IMG/VR virus record: IMGVR_UViG_3300034152_000554
Length of the DNA: 64,000 bases
From: an uncultured virus (IMG/VR IMGVR_UViG_3300034152_000554)
Lineage: Duplodnaviria; Heunggongvirae; Uroviricota; Caudoviricetes
Reading direction: 5' to 3' (one strand)
Made by a program: the position numbers and the translations under genes. Shown in pieces: positions 20,018 to 29,858 of this stretch; position 1 is the stretch's first letter, and each line of letters opens with the position of its first letter. Under the pieces are notes generated by a model. The model saw only the letters and a program-made list of their open reading frames with translations. It was not told where the DNA came from and ran no database searches.

Positions 20018-20444
20018 TAGTTGAGAACTCCTCTCAAGTTAGTAGGGACTTTGCACCAACTAAGCGCCCACAGTGAGAGTTATTTGCCAAAAAGAATTTA
20101 GCCTTATCAAGCAATCTTCTCTGCTAAAAGAAGTGCAGAAATTGTTTCAAAATAGTTTGCCTACTTTAATGATAGTAAAGTTGTCTTTTATACTGCAACA
20201 ATACCGAGAAATACTGAGGTTATAATAGGATATTGCTCCAGATTTGTTGATAAGTATTATCAAGTTGCAGGTATCACTTTATACCTTGTTAAAATAATAC
20301 TCATCACCACTAAGCGCTACTAGCGCAGCGACCTTCAGTTCTATACTGAGGGTCGCTTTATCTATGGCCCCAAAAGGCAATTTAGAAATAGGCAAACAGA
20401 AACGACCTCAAAGCATTGCCAGTAAAGGCGTTGAGGTCGTTTCA

Positions 20445-20476
20445 AAAACACGACAAACTGTATTAATAATATATAA
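20445..20476. repeat. 32-bp dispersed direct repeat, copy 1
   Basis: aaaacacgacaaactgtattaataatatataa, identical at 43085-43116. Confidence 0.9.
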
Positions 20477-20502
20477 GGGAGCGTGTCAGGTTAAGTGCAG
20501 CC

Positions 20503-20757
20503 TTAAAGACCAAACCCAATTGGGATTTCAAGGTTCAAAGCGCTTTCATACACTTCAAATGCTTTGTTGTAGGATGGCAGATACCTAAGAGTGCAGCAAA
20601 TCCGCAGTGGGAAAAGCTTTGGGAGATTCCATTTAAGCTGATAGTTCTTCAATTCATGGTCGCCAACGGTGTGGATAAACTCTTCAACCTTCTCTTTGAC
20701 CTGCATGATTTCCAGGAGGGCAACCATGCTGAGTGCGGCTTTGGCTTTTTTCTTCAT
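20503..20757 (-). CDS. Hypothetical protein
   Basis: 84-aa ORF, weak support. Confidence 0.4.
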   Translation of the reverse strand: MKKKAKAALSMVALLEIMQVKEKVEEFIHTVGDHELKNYQLKWNLPKLFPLRICCTLRYLPSYNKAFEVYESALNLEIPIGFGL

Positions 20758-20857
20758 CTCTAAGACCTTGGGTGGCAGTTAATGGGAGTGGCAATCAATG
20801 GGGCAATTGCCTTTATTTTATCAAGGCTGATGGCTATACTGAAATGGCTAGTTAGCG

Positions 20858-21301
20858 GTGAGAGATATGCCCCAATTCAAATATCGCCTTGAGCATGAAG
20901 GAAATGGCCCATACGTGCCCAAGCCAGAGTATCAGGTATGTGACCTCATCCTGATCAATGGCACGACTGTTAACGGCCAATTACGAGGCCATGTAGCAAG
21001 GATCGTAAAATGCGAGTTAGTTCCTGACTGTGGCGATCGCTATATCTGGAACGAACATGAAGGTCATGTAACATTTGATACCGTACTAACCAAAATGTCC
21101 TATCTGGTTACTGACCCCGATAATCCTGATAATTGCATCAATGTGCCATACCAGTATGGCATTAAATATACAGCGGAGATTGTCTGGGTTGATCAGGATC
21201 TCCAGCTACAACACACTCACGACAGTATTAGAGTTGGTAGTAAAATTGTTTATGAACCTGGGTATGAAAAAGATATTGTCAAGATTAGCAGCGCCAGTTA
21301 A
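20858..21301 (+). CDS. Hypothetical protein inserted antisense in the head operon
   Basis: 147-aa ORF with TATACT upstream. Confidence 0.65.
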   Translation: MRDMPQFKYRLEHEGNGPYVPKPEYQVCDLILINGTTVNGQLRGHVARIVKCELVPDCGDRYIWNEHEGHVTFDTVLTKMSYLVTDPDNPDNCINVPYQYGIKYTAEIVWVDQDLQLQHTHDSIRVGSKIVYEPGYEKDIVKISSAS

Positions 21302-21484
21302 TCAATTGCTCTGCTGTCTTGAGCGATACATTTGCTGAGGCATATTTTCATACACCTTGGCATATCGAGGTTTGATCCGTTCGGGTAGCTGCTCAATATT
21401 GGGAGTTTCACGTTCCCATCGTTGAGCGATATCAGGACGTTCCCGGTGCATCCACCGTCGTTGAGCTTTGGATCTAAAAGGCAT
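21302..21484 (-). CDS. Small conserved basic phage protein
   Basis: MPFRSKAQRRWM...A.RWE.ETP...LPER, a motif I recall from phage head regions. Confidence 0.7.
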   Translation of the reverse strand: MPFRSKAQRRWMHRERPDIAQRWERETPNIEQLPERIKPRYAKVYENMPQQMYRSRQQSN

Positions 21485-21716
21485 GAGTAATAGAAACTTT
21501 TGGAAGAAAATCCCTACAGCTAAGTTCCTGACCGGAGATACTGTTTGTCTTCACAATCCAGACATGATTAAAGAAGATGAAGATGTGATCATCCTGTCAT
21601 CTGAGGTTGTCGAAAATCCAACCGGAGAAGGCGACCCCTACCATATCCGATATAACTGTGCATTCTTGGACGATCAATACTGCGTGTTCCAAGTTCGAGA
21701 GAACCAGCTTTATTAA
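21483..21716 (+). CDS. Hypothetical protein
   Basis: ATG 21483, KFLTGDTV SH3-like start, ends at a terminator. Confidence 0.55.
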   Translation: MSNRNFWKKIPTAKFLTGDTVCLHNPDMIKEDEDVIILSSEVVENPTGEGDPYHIRYNCAFLDDQYCVFQVRENQLY

Positions 21717-21750
21717 AATATTGAGGGGAGTAGAATCCCCTCAATATTTT
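21715..21750. terminator. Bidirectional intrinsic terminator
   Basis: 15-bp inverted repeat aaaatattgagggga/tcccctcaatatttt between convergent genes. Confidence 0.8.
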
Positions 21751-21777
21751 GCTAATTCAAAAAGAGGCAAGGGCTAA

Positions 21778-23196
21778 CTAGGCAGGGTTTTCAAACTGGA
21801 ACATTCGGGGCGTATACTGCTGCCAGAAGTCTTTGGGCAGATTGCGTAGAAATTCATGACGCTTTTCAGGGGGGATCTGATACATAGTAGCAAGCGTTTC
21901 ATTGACCCCACCAGGAGCAACGCTTTGCGGAGGTGTAGCCGGAAATGCTTGACGTACATTAGGCTGAACGTTTTGCTGCATTTCAAACACACGCCGGATC
22001 TCAGCTTCCTTTTGAGCGTTTTGGACTTGGGAAGCTTGCTGAACTGCTTGCTGACGCTGGGCTTCTGCCAATTGATTTGCCTGGTGACGAGCATAATACT
22101 CGTTAGAAGACATCTGGCTGGGGCCATTAGGCATCGGCTGTTGATTCGGTAGAGGCTGTTGATTCGGTACAGGCCGTTGATTCGGTACAGGCCGTTGATT
22201 AGGCATTTGCTGTTGCATTTGTTGACGACGCATTTGATCTGCAATTTGCTGGTTCCGTTGAGCCGTTGCAGGATCATTGTTGCCAACATGAGGTGCAAAT
22301 GGGCCTTGTGGACTAAATGCAAACTCAGTCCATGCAGCCAACTTTTCAGGAGTAGTCAGGATATCCTCAAGCGCATTATGCCGTTGATAGAGCTTTTGAG
22401 CTTGCTCTTTAATGTAAGCAAGTTCATCCTCTTTCCTGACTGCGTAAGCATTCAGATCACCAACCGGATCAGCCGAACCCGATGCCGCCAGTTTATCGAG
22501 AACCATCAGGCCATGAGGGTTGCCGTCCTGGCGAGGCTGCCCAATTGCCAACTGACCAACAGCAGCCAGATCAAATAACTCCTGACTAACGCCGCCCGAT
22601 GCCGAACCAACGCTTGAAGGTTGGGAATAGCTCTGGCCTGCGGGTGTTGCTTGAGGTGCTTGGTGGTATCCCTGGTACTGGGGACTGCCCGTATAGGTTT
22701 GAGGTGCTTGTGCCGGGTAGGTTTGCGGATAGGGTTGCGCCTGGGGCTGGTATTGCTGCGGTGTACTCTGGGGGATATGCGTGGGCCGCTGTTGTTGGCC
22801 GAATCCCGGCATTGATACTGGGGTTGCCAGCTTGTTGACCAGCCATTCGCTCATCTGCTGCCAGGGGTTGCTGTCCTGGCGTACCTGGCCTGTTTCCTGG
22901 ATTTGGCCTACTCCGCTCTGAACCGGAGCTTGTTGCCCCTGGTACATAGGAGGTGTAGTTTGTTGCGGGGGCGTAGCCATCGGGGACGGCTGGGCTTGGA
23001 ACATTTGGGTTCCCGCCTGTCCGAACATCGATGGAGTCGATTGGGGGGAATAGGGCGAGGTAGTCGGCGAGTAGCTCTGGGGATACCCCTGGGTAGTTTG
23101 AGTAGGTTGGCTCTGGTACGCTTCCGGGTGTGTTGCCGGTGCTGCCTGGGCCGGAGGAGCTTGAACCGGGGGTGCTTGAGTTTGGTAGTTGTCCAT
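21778..23196 (-). CDS. Putative capsid scaffolding protein (Q/P-rich)
   Basis: Between portal and capsid; helical core LNAYAVRKEDEL...LEDILTTPEKLA; PNQRPV repeats. Confidence 0.7.
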   Translation of the reverse strand: MDNYQTQAPPVQAPPAQAAPATHPEAYQSQPTQTTQGYPQSYSPTTSPYSPQSTPSMFGQAGTQMFQAQPSPMATPPQQTTPPMYQGQQAPVQSGVGQIQETGQVRQDSNPWQQMSEWLVNKLATPVSMPGFGQQQRPTHIPQSTPQQYQPQAQPYPQTYPAQAPQTYTGSPQYQGYHQAPQATPAGQSYSQPSSVGSASGGVSQELFDLAAVGQLAIGQPRQDGNPHGLMVLDKLAASGSADPVGDLNAYAVRKEDELAYIKEQAQKLYQRHNALEDILTTPEKLAAWTEFAFSPQGPFAPHVGNNDPATAQRNQQIADQMRRQQMQQQMPNQRPVPNQRPVPNQQPLPNQQPMPNGPSQMSSNEYYARHQANQLAEAQRQQAVQQASQVQNAQKEAEIRRVFEMQQNVQPNVRQAFPATPPQSVAPGGVNETLATMYQIPPEKRHEFLRNLPKDFWQQYTPRMFQFENPA

Positions 23197-25027
23197 TGTT
23201 CTCTTGTTGAATTAGCTCGTTTTCTTGTGCAGCACGTTGCCGTGCGCGTTCCTGCATTTCTAATTGCGCTTCAATCTCTGACATGGAGATTGGAACCGAT
23301 AGAGAAGGCTGTGCTTCATATCCTAAATTCATTTCTTTGAACACCACTTCTAGCGACTGACCAACCATTCCTGAAAGATCCATTCGGTATCCAAGAGGGA
23401 ATTGCGGGTCTTGTGGATCAGGCAATGATAATAACTCTCTCCATAATCCTAACAATTGTCCTGCTGTTCCTGCTATATTGCTGAGATACCTGTAGGGATA
23501 TCCACCATCTACAAGTTGATTAATCTCATCATCAGTCTTGTCAGGATAAATGATTTTTAGGATTTCTGATGTCTTGACTCCTTCTTCTCGGAGGTTTCTA
23601 CCAACAATTGATTTCTCCAAAATATCTCGCGGAGAATCTTCAAAGACCGGGCCTCTCCAGCGCCAGCGAACAGATCGGTCGCCAAATGGGTACAGCCCTG
23701 GCAGATTAGTTGGCAATAGTTCCTGGTCAAACAATGCCTTCAGAAAATCAGCATTGATATTCTTCCAGTCAATGATATTGAACTCTTCTGCTGTCTTTGC
23801 AAATGTTTCTTGATCAGACAGCATCAGGTTAAACAAGCTGCGCTTGTAAATATTTTCCTCAGCAAAAATTGCCATTGAAAATAGTTCGCAAAGCCCATAG
23901 GTGTAAAGCGCTTCTGCTTTTTTCTTAGCAGTTGCAGCAGCCCTACCATACAAGCTCTTTAGCTCAAATGCAGTTGCTCCACTGCTAATCCCATTCTCAT
24001 CGACTCCACCAAGAGCCGTCCGAATTGATTCTCGATAAAGCGCTTCATAGCGAGCATGGTCAGGTGAGATCGGATCAGGATGGATAAAGCCAAATCGTTC
24101 ATCTGGCTCAACTCCACCAATGACCTTGCGGATTTTCATCCCTCCACCAGGACGGGTACGGGGATCATCAATGCGAGTAGATGGCATCGAACCATAGCCG
24201 ATGTAATTAGACTGGCTTGAAATAGATGGCCGCCATACCCCTCCAATTGAAGAGTGAGCCATCGTTGATGTACCAGTCATGCCTGCTGCTTCCAGGACTT
24301 CTTTTTGGCTGCGGGTTGATACCAGCATTGGGTTGCCAAAGAATCGCATATTGTCGCCAATTGAGGCAGCAATTTCATCATGGCTTTCAATTTGAGATGC
24401 CAGGAATGCAAAGTCACTGGGTGCAGCAACTCCGTCATCAGTCATTGAGTTCTTGACAACAATGCAGGGCATAAACTCCAGAGAGTTTTCGTAGATGTTG
24501 ACAACTCCAAGATTGCTGTCATCCTGATCAAATGTTGGCCGGACTTCAGTTTCAGACTGGTAAATCTTATCAAGCGTAATTCGGATCTTAATCCAGCGCA
24601 GGTTTCCAGGTAGCTGTGGAGTCGATTGCGCCCGATAGCTATAGATAATAATTACTTCAACCAGGTTGCCATCAGCATCATAGTAATCTCTAAACTGACT
24701 GCGAGATGGGTCTTCATGTCCCCAGTAATACTGGATCTTGTAGCCAGTTGTCGTGGGTCGCAAATACATTAATAGCGACCCTTTGCCACACAGCAGATCG
24801 ATCATGCGATCGAGGTGCAGATCGAGCTTATTTTCTTTCCAGACTTTTTTAATAAACTTGGATCGTCCCTGGTCAGGCGTGTCCTGAGATGGATATAATT
24901 CAATCCCCTGCCGGTTTGCAAACAGACGCATTTGCGCTAAGTGCAAGGGAATAATTAGACTTTCAGAGTTGCCACCCTTACGGAACAGGGCGGCATCGAT
25001 CATTTCTTCAACGCGAGGATTGCTCAT
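22586..25027 (-). CDS. Portal protein with long low-complexity C-terminal extension
   Basis: Follows terL; helical core with FFGNPMLVS, IRTALGGVDE, WRWRGPVFED. Confidence 0.8.
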   Translation of the reverse strand: MSNPRVEEMIDAALFRKGGNSESLIIPLHLAQMRLFANRQGIELYPSQDTPDQGRSKFIKKVWKENKLDLHLDRMIDLLCGKGSLLMYLRPTTTGYKIQYYWGHEDPSRSQFRDYYDADGNLVEVIIIYSYRAQSTPQLPGNLRWIKIRITLDKIYQSETEVRPTFDQDDSNLGVVNIYENSLEFMPCIVVKNSMTDDGVAAPSDFAFLASQIESHDEIAASIGDNMRFFGNPMLVSTRSQKEVLEAAGMTGTSTMAHSSIGGVWRPSISSQSNYIGYGSMPSTRIDDPRTRPGGGMKIRKVIGGVEPDERFGFIHPDPISPDHARYEALYRESIRTALGGVDENGISSGATAFELKSLYGRAAATAKKKAEALYTYGLCELFSMAIFAEENIYKRSLFNLMLSDQETFAKTAEEFNIIDWKNINADFLKALFDQELLPTNLPGLYPFGDRSVRWRWRGPVFEDSPRDILEKSIVGRNLREEGVKTSEILKIIYPDKTDDEINQLVDGGYPYRYLSNIAGTAGQLLGLWRELLSLPDPQDPQFPLGYRMDLSGMVGQSLEVVFKEMNLGYEAQPSLSVPISMSEIEAQLEMQERARQRAAQENELIQQENNGQLPNSSTPGSSSSGPGSTGNTPGSVPEPTYSNYPGVSPELLADYLALFPPIDSIDVRTGGNPNVPSPAVPDGYAPATNYTSYVPGATSSGSERSRPNPGNRPGTPGQQPLAADERMAGQQAGNPSINAGIRPTTAAHAYPPEYTAAIPAPGATLSANLPGTSTSNLYGQSPVPGIPPSTSSNTRRPELFPTFKRWFGIGRR

Positions 25028-25060
25028 AATAGCCCTATCTTATAATTGAAAACGGGATAG

Positions 25061-25405
25061 TTAGGAACCAACCGGGAACGATGGGGCCATTGTTGGAAAT
25101 GCCCGTTGCTGAGAGTTCCAATCTTCCCATTCCGGCTGTCCATTCGGGCTTGATGCAACTGGCGAACCGCTGCCACCTGTTGTTTCCTGAGCCGGAGGGG
25201 GAGCAGCCCGGAGTGATTCACTGCCACCCGTATCATCAATTATATTGCTGCTGTCAGTTGGCCCCTGGAAATTAGAGCCTGAATTACTAACTCCAATTGC
25301 TTGCTCAAATTGGGGATCAATCGGATCAATGCCCTGGCTTTGGAGTTCACGGTCTAGCAATGCTTTGGCAAACATTTTCTTTCGTTTAGTCTCATCATTA
25401 ATCAC
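25061..25405 (-). CDS. Hypothetical protein
   Basis: GTGA overlap with terL. Confidence 0.65.
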   Translation of the reverse strand: MINDETKRKKMFAKALLDRELQSQGIDPIDPQFEQAIGVSNSGSNFQGPTDSSNIIDDTGGSESLRAAPPPAQETTGGSGSPVASSPNGQPEWEDWNSQQRAFPTMAPSFPVGS

Positions 25406-26976
25406 AATAACCCATCACCTCCGTCCAGTGGCCTCCGACTGGTTACACCTTTAAGAGCGTAAACAATTGCATCAACACAATCGTCATGGTCAACTGAGCC
25501 AAAATTGGTTAGCTCTTTAATTGCTCGACCAAACCGGGCGTGTTCGTTAAAGATAACCAGCCCATTCTCGAACAACCCCGATACCCCTCTCAGGCGTGAT
25601 AGCTTGTCTGATTTAGTTTCAGGCTTGCGGTAAACAATATTGTTCACTTCCATTTCCTGCACCACATAGGTCTTAAAGTCGCCCTGGAGAGATGACTGAT
25701 AGCTAGTTGCTTCAGCCATTAAGTAGACTGTCCTATCTCCACTGTAGTAAATTTTCTCGGAGATATTTTCATGGAGTCGGTCATCGAATGGATCAATATC
25801 ATCTGGCTCAATTTCTTCACAGCCAACTAAGCCCCATCGGGCAAACATATCAAGCATCACATTGAGCTTGGTAATATTTCCTGACCAGCGACCTCTGGCA
25901 ATATCAAGTACATAGATGTTTGGATCACCAGAGCGCTTGCCTACCAATACAAATACAGTATAGTCCGCCCGTTCTTTTTGAGATGATGAAAGGTCAGCAC
26001 CACAGACATACATATCAAATACATCTGGAATAGTCTTGCGCTTAATCCATTTGGGATCAATTGAGATTTCAGAAATCCTGACAATCTGGTTCTGATACTG
26101 AAATGAGAAGATTGCCGGGTTTTGATCTCTGACTCCTTTTAGAAATTCAATTGAGAATCGTTCCGGCCATGCTGATGTCTCTTCACCATCTTTGTCTACA
26201 ATTGCAGACTGAGTTAAAACGTTCCATCCCTTCTCTGCAATAAACTCAGTTGCATGAACATCATCTGGCCTGAAGCGGGTTCCTACACAGAGTTCTCGAC
26301 CTCCTGGAATCAGTGTTGGTCGCAACACCTCATTGATCTGTTGCACCATCTTTTCACGCATTTCTGCATTGGTGATCGAATCAGATGACTTGATAATGTC
26401 ATCAAAGATAATCAATCCTGATCGGCGTGATGTAATTGATGCTCCAATTCCAGTTGCATAAAAGGTGTAGTCAAAGTCAAGGTCAACAACCCCAGCAACA
26501 CTTTTATCAATTTCCCAGTCAGTATCAGACCAGCGATTACCTGGCATGATGTGAGGAAATACCTCTTTGTATTTCGGGCTTTCAATAATCCGCTTGATAA
26601 TCCGAGATCGTGATAAGGCAACGCTTTCAGAATAGGACACATAGATAATTGGAATTGATGGGTTGTGTCCAATTACCCAGGCAACAAAGATTGCAATTAC
26701 GGTACTTTTGGCACTTCCTCGAAAGCTAAGAATGTTGGTATTGGGGCCAGCTACTCGGTTGAGTAAATGATTATCCTGGTTGGTAACTAATGCTTCAATC
26801 CAGGGCAAATGATGACTGGCTGGAGGTTTATCAACAACATAATCTGAAAATGTTGCAAAGTCATCTCTGGCTTTAACTGCTAACTCAGATGGTTCATAAA
26901 CCTCTGATTGGTTGATAAGTTGTTTTAACTTCCAGCGATATCGCTGAGAAATGCTAGTCGCAGTCAGTTTAGACAT
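25402..26976 (-). CDS. terL: Terminase large subunit
   Basis: Walker A FRGSAKST, Walker B LIIFDDII, GTRF coupling motif, RNase-H GADLS...ADYT...HDDCVDA. Confidence 0.95.
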   Translation of the reverse strand: MSKLTATSISQRYRWKLKQLINQSEVYEPSELAVKARDDFATFSDYVVDKPPASHHLPWIEALVTNQDNHLLNRVAGPNTNILSFRGSAKSTVIAIFVAWVIGHNPSIPIIYVSYSESVALSRSRIIKRIIESPKYKEVFPHIMPGNRWSDTDWEIDKSVAGVVDLDFDYTFYATGIGASITSRRSGLIIFDDIIKSSDSITNAEMREKMVQQINEVLRPTLIPGGRELCVGTRFRPDDVHATEFIAEKGWNVLTQSAIVDKDGEETSAWPERFSIEFLKGVRDQNPAIFSFQYQNQIVRISEISIDPKWIKRKTIPDVFDMYVCGADLSSSQKERADYTVFVLVGKRSGDPNIYVLDIARGRWSGNITKLNVMLDMFARWGLVGCEEIEPDDIDPFDDRLHENISEKIYYSGDRTVYLMAEATSYQSSLQGDFKTYVVQEMEVNNIVYRKPETKSDKLSRLRGVSGLFENGLVIFNEHARFGRAIKELTNFGSVDHDDCVDAIVYALKGVTSRRPLDGGDGLL

Positions 26977-26991
26977 TTGCTTACCACCCTG

Positions 26992-27822
26992 TTATGTTTC
27001 GTTTTGCCCTACTCCAATCCTTGCTTCTGCCTGTTCAATTGCTGACTGCAATACCATTAATGCTGGCTCTTCCCAGCTTGGCTTTAGATGACTCAGTTCT
27101 GCTCGGAAAATTTCTGCAACAATATAAGCACCAGAGGCTTCCATTGCGCGTTTCAGTCGTGAGTTGCGGGTAGTAACAATATCTTTTGATGTGTTGCGAA
27201 GCTGCACCGAAAGCTCATTAACCAGTCTGATAATTGCAATTGGATTATCAATGCTTTCAAATGCTTCTGTTTCAGCAATTGCTTGTAATCCTTGCTGTAA
27301 CAAGTTAGTTAGCTGAACAGCCTGCCATTCAATAATTCGCTCAACATCAATGCCACGATAAACAGAAAGCCGGTCATTGATTTCACCCGCTTCATCACCG
27401 ACTCCAAAACTGCTCTGATACCATCGGTCAATAGCGGCAACGGGTACATAGCCCTCATCCCCAACCGATTCAACCAGATACCGTTGAATATCTAGTGGAG
27501 ATGAGTTTCGTCTACAGAATTGCTCGAAGTCTTCTTTTTCTGACCGGGAAAATCTTTCAACAATGATTTGATCAACTTTGTACTGGTCACTTTTTTGAAC
27601 AATTTCTGAGGAAGCTCCTTGGCTTGCTGGGGTAATCGCCGCAGAAGTAGCTGCGCTAATTGCATCTGCAACATTCCTTTGAGCGTCTTTAAGAGAGTCA
27701 CTATCAATAACTTCAGCATTTTTAAGCGAATCACGGTAAACCTCCGCACTTTTTAAGCGTTTTTTACGATCCTGGGGATTATTCCCCTGTCTTTTCTTTC
27801 GATGTTCTGGGTTGGTAGGCAT
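26992..27822 (-). CDS. Putative terminase small subunit
   Basis: Directly upstream of terL, basic N-terminus, helical; inferred from position. Confidence 0.45.
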   Translation of the reverse strand: MPTNPEHRKKRQGNNPQDRKKRLKSAEVYRDSLKNAEVIDSDSLKDAQRNVADAISAATSAAITPASQGASSEIVQKSDQYKVDQIIVERFSRSEKEDFEQFCRRNSSPLDIQRYLVESVGDEGYVPVAAIDRWYQSSFGVGDEAGEINDRLSVYRGIDVERIIEWQAVQLTNLLQQGLQAIAETEAFESIDNPIAIIRLVNELSVQLRNTSKDIVTTRNSRLKRAMEASGAYIVAEIFRAELSHLKPSWEEPALMVLQSAIEQAEARIGVGQNET

Positions 27823-27840
27823 GGCTAATTTGACTTCTAT

Positions 27841-28620
27841 TTACGCTCCCCACGTTCGACGACCAAACGAACGGAATACATTTGCTGCTCTTGCTCCAGT
27901 TGACCGCCTTAAACGATCTTCATCAAACATTGCAGACGTGTTTGTCTTTCGAGTTTCATCACCTTGAGTCCTAATATTCTGGCGAGTTTGAGTGCCAGTC
28001 TCCTGGATACCCTCTCGCTGTAAGACTCTCTGGTTTCTGAAATCTTGATCTCGCAGTTGAGTTTCAAATCCGAAGTCTTGCTCGTTTAAGCCTCGCTGTT
28101 GCTGGTAGCGCTGCTCAGACAATTGGGTTTCAAATCCAAACCGTTGCTCGCCTAACCCTCGCTCTTGTTGATAAGCTTGATCGGACAGCCTACTCTGGAA
28201 GCCAAATGCCTGTTCATTTAAGCCTCGCTGCTGTCCATACGCCTGGTCAGATAGTTTACTTTGGAAACCAAAATCTTGTTCGTTCAGTTGTCGCTGCTGT
28301 TGAAATGCCTGGTCATTTAAGCCCAACTGTTGTTGATAGCTTTGCGCTCCCAGTTGCAATGCACTATCAAGAGCCTGGTTAGCCTGCCATCTTGAAAGTT
28401 GTCGATCACGTTTATTTTCTTTCTTGTTAAATCGAGACTCCCATTTGATTTCTCGCTCCCGCTGTTCAGCATAGAAATCACGATCTTCAACAGACCATTC
28501 CCGTGCCTGCTTGACCCCTTCCATCGCATCTTCTCTGGCTTGAGAAGCAGATGAACTGCCAAACAGTCCACTAACGATTGAAGATACCCCTGAAATAGCT
28601 GGAGCAATCCATCCTGCCAT
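27841..28620 (-). CDS. DNA-pilot-like ejection protein with hendecad repeats
   Basis: Gly/Ser hydrophobic N-terminus; ten Q-rich 11-aa repeats. Confidence 0.65.
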   Translation of the reverse strand: MAGWIAPAISGVSSIVSGLFGSSSASQAREDAMEGVKQAREWSVEDRDFYAEQREREIKWESRFNKKENKRDRQLSRWQANQALDSALQLGAQSYQQQLGLNDQAFQQQRQLNEQDFGFQSKLSDQAYGQQRGLNEQAFGFQSRLSDQAYQQERGLGEQRFGFETQLSEQRYQQQRGLNEQDFGFETQLRDQDFRNQRVLQREGIQETGTQTRQNIRTQGDETRKTNTSAMFDEDRLRRSTGARAANVFRSFGRRTWGA

Positions 28621-28629
28621 TGTCTTACC

Positions 28630-29286
28630 CTACCTCCACTGAATTGCGTATCTAGCCCAGGCTTCCGGGTCGTACAATGCTCCACCACCTCCGCCCAGTG
28701 CTGCACCAATGCTGCTGCCTAAATCAGATAGCGAATGGAACAATGATGCTTCTCGTGCTGTGTTGCGATCTTCCCGTCGCCGCTCTGCTGCAAATTCGCG
28801 TTCCCGTTCCTGGTTATAAATCCACCACTGCATATTCTGAGTCCGAGGATCATCAGATAGTCCTTCAATTGAAGGCATCTGGATTGAACCACCTGAACCC
28901 AGTCCGGTATAGGTCTGGTCAGCCTGTCCAGGATTTTCGTTTGGCCTATTGCCAAACTGGGGCAGATTGTTTGGCCTACCTGTGCTTGGCATTGTGAAGG
29001 AGCGATCAGCCTCAATGTTGTTATTGCCTTGCTGGTTCTGGCTTCGTTGAGAACGCTGTTGGGCAGAGCGTCCAGGCTGTGCAGGAGTTTGATATCCCTG
29101 GTCAACCATTACTGATCCAGGTCGTTCAAATTGGAAATCATTATTAAAGTTTGTATTAAATTGCTGTCGTGGCCGACGATTGCCAAGACGACGATTGGTT
29201 AATTGAGTCCCCCTGGATGTTCCCGGTTGAAACTGGGAATTGTTCATCCAATAAGATTGAACTGGGTTACGAGCTAAAGGGTTCAT
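28630..29286 (-). CDS. Putative internal virion protein (Q/N/R-rich)
   Basis: Low complexity, Gly-rich C-terminal segment. Confidence 0.6.
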   Translation of the reverse strand: MNPLARNPVQSYWMNNSQFQPGTSRGTQLTNRRLGNRRPRQQFNTNFNNDFQFERPGSVMVDQGYQTPAQPGRSAQQRSQRSQNQQGNNNIEADRSFTMPSTGRPNNLPQFGNRPNENPGQADQTYTGLGSGGSIQMPSIEGLSDDPRTQNMQWWIYNQEREREFAAERRREDRNTAREASLFHSLSDLGSSIGAALGGGGGALYDPEAWARYAIQWR

Positions 29287-29300
29287 TGTTATTGCCTCAA

Positions 29301-29852
29301 CTAAATACGCCTTGATGTCCTGGTGTCATAAGGGTTGCCAACCCACCTTGACAGTGCTTGGCGACCCCGTTCCCGTGAGCCGCTATCATCGTATGCCTTC
29401 TTTTGCCGATCTGACATTGATGCCAGCGGGTTATTAGCTCCGACCTGCTCAAACATCGAGGGCTGCTGTCCGCCCTGAGATGACCCACCTCCACCTGCTC
29501 CTGACATCATTTGAGATACACTGCCAATGATTCGTTCATAATCAACATCTTGACTATTGCCCTGCTCGTCAGGATATTGATAATCATTGTGCCGACTAGC
29601 CCTGGCGCTGTATTCAATTGATGCCGGATTGCCTACTCCAAAGTTGTCTTGAGATTGCCGGGTTCTCATTGGGGTTGAGAATGCATCTGCTCGTTGCTGG
29701 TAGTTGGAATAGTTCGGCTCATAGGTAAAAGTGCGACTCGATGGATTAACAACTGCACGACTGACAGAGCCACTGTCAACGCTCCAATTGTTGCCAAACA
29801 TCGGGTTATAGCCGAGGTCATCGCCAGTGTATTGACTTCCAAAAAACTTCAT
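29301..29852 (-). CDS. Putative internal virion protein
   Basis: 183-aa low-complexity ORF in operon. Confidence 0.6.
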   Translation of the reverse strand: MKFFGSQYTGDDLGYNPMFGNNWSVDSGSVSRAVVNPSSRTFTYEPNYSNYQQRADAFSTPMRTRQSQDNFGVGNPASIEYSARASRHNDYQYPDEQGNSQDVDYERIIGSVSQMMSGAGGGGSSQGGQQPSMFEQVGANNPLASMSDRQKKAYDDSGSRERGRQALSRWVGNPYDTRTSRRI

Positions 29853-29858
29853 AGCTCT

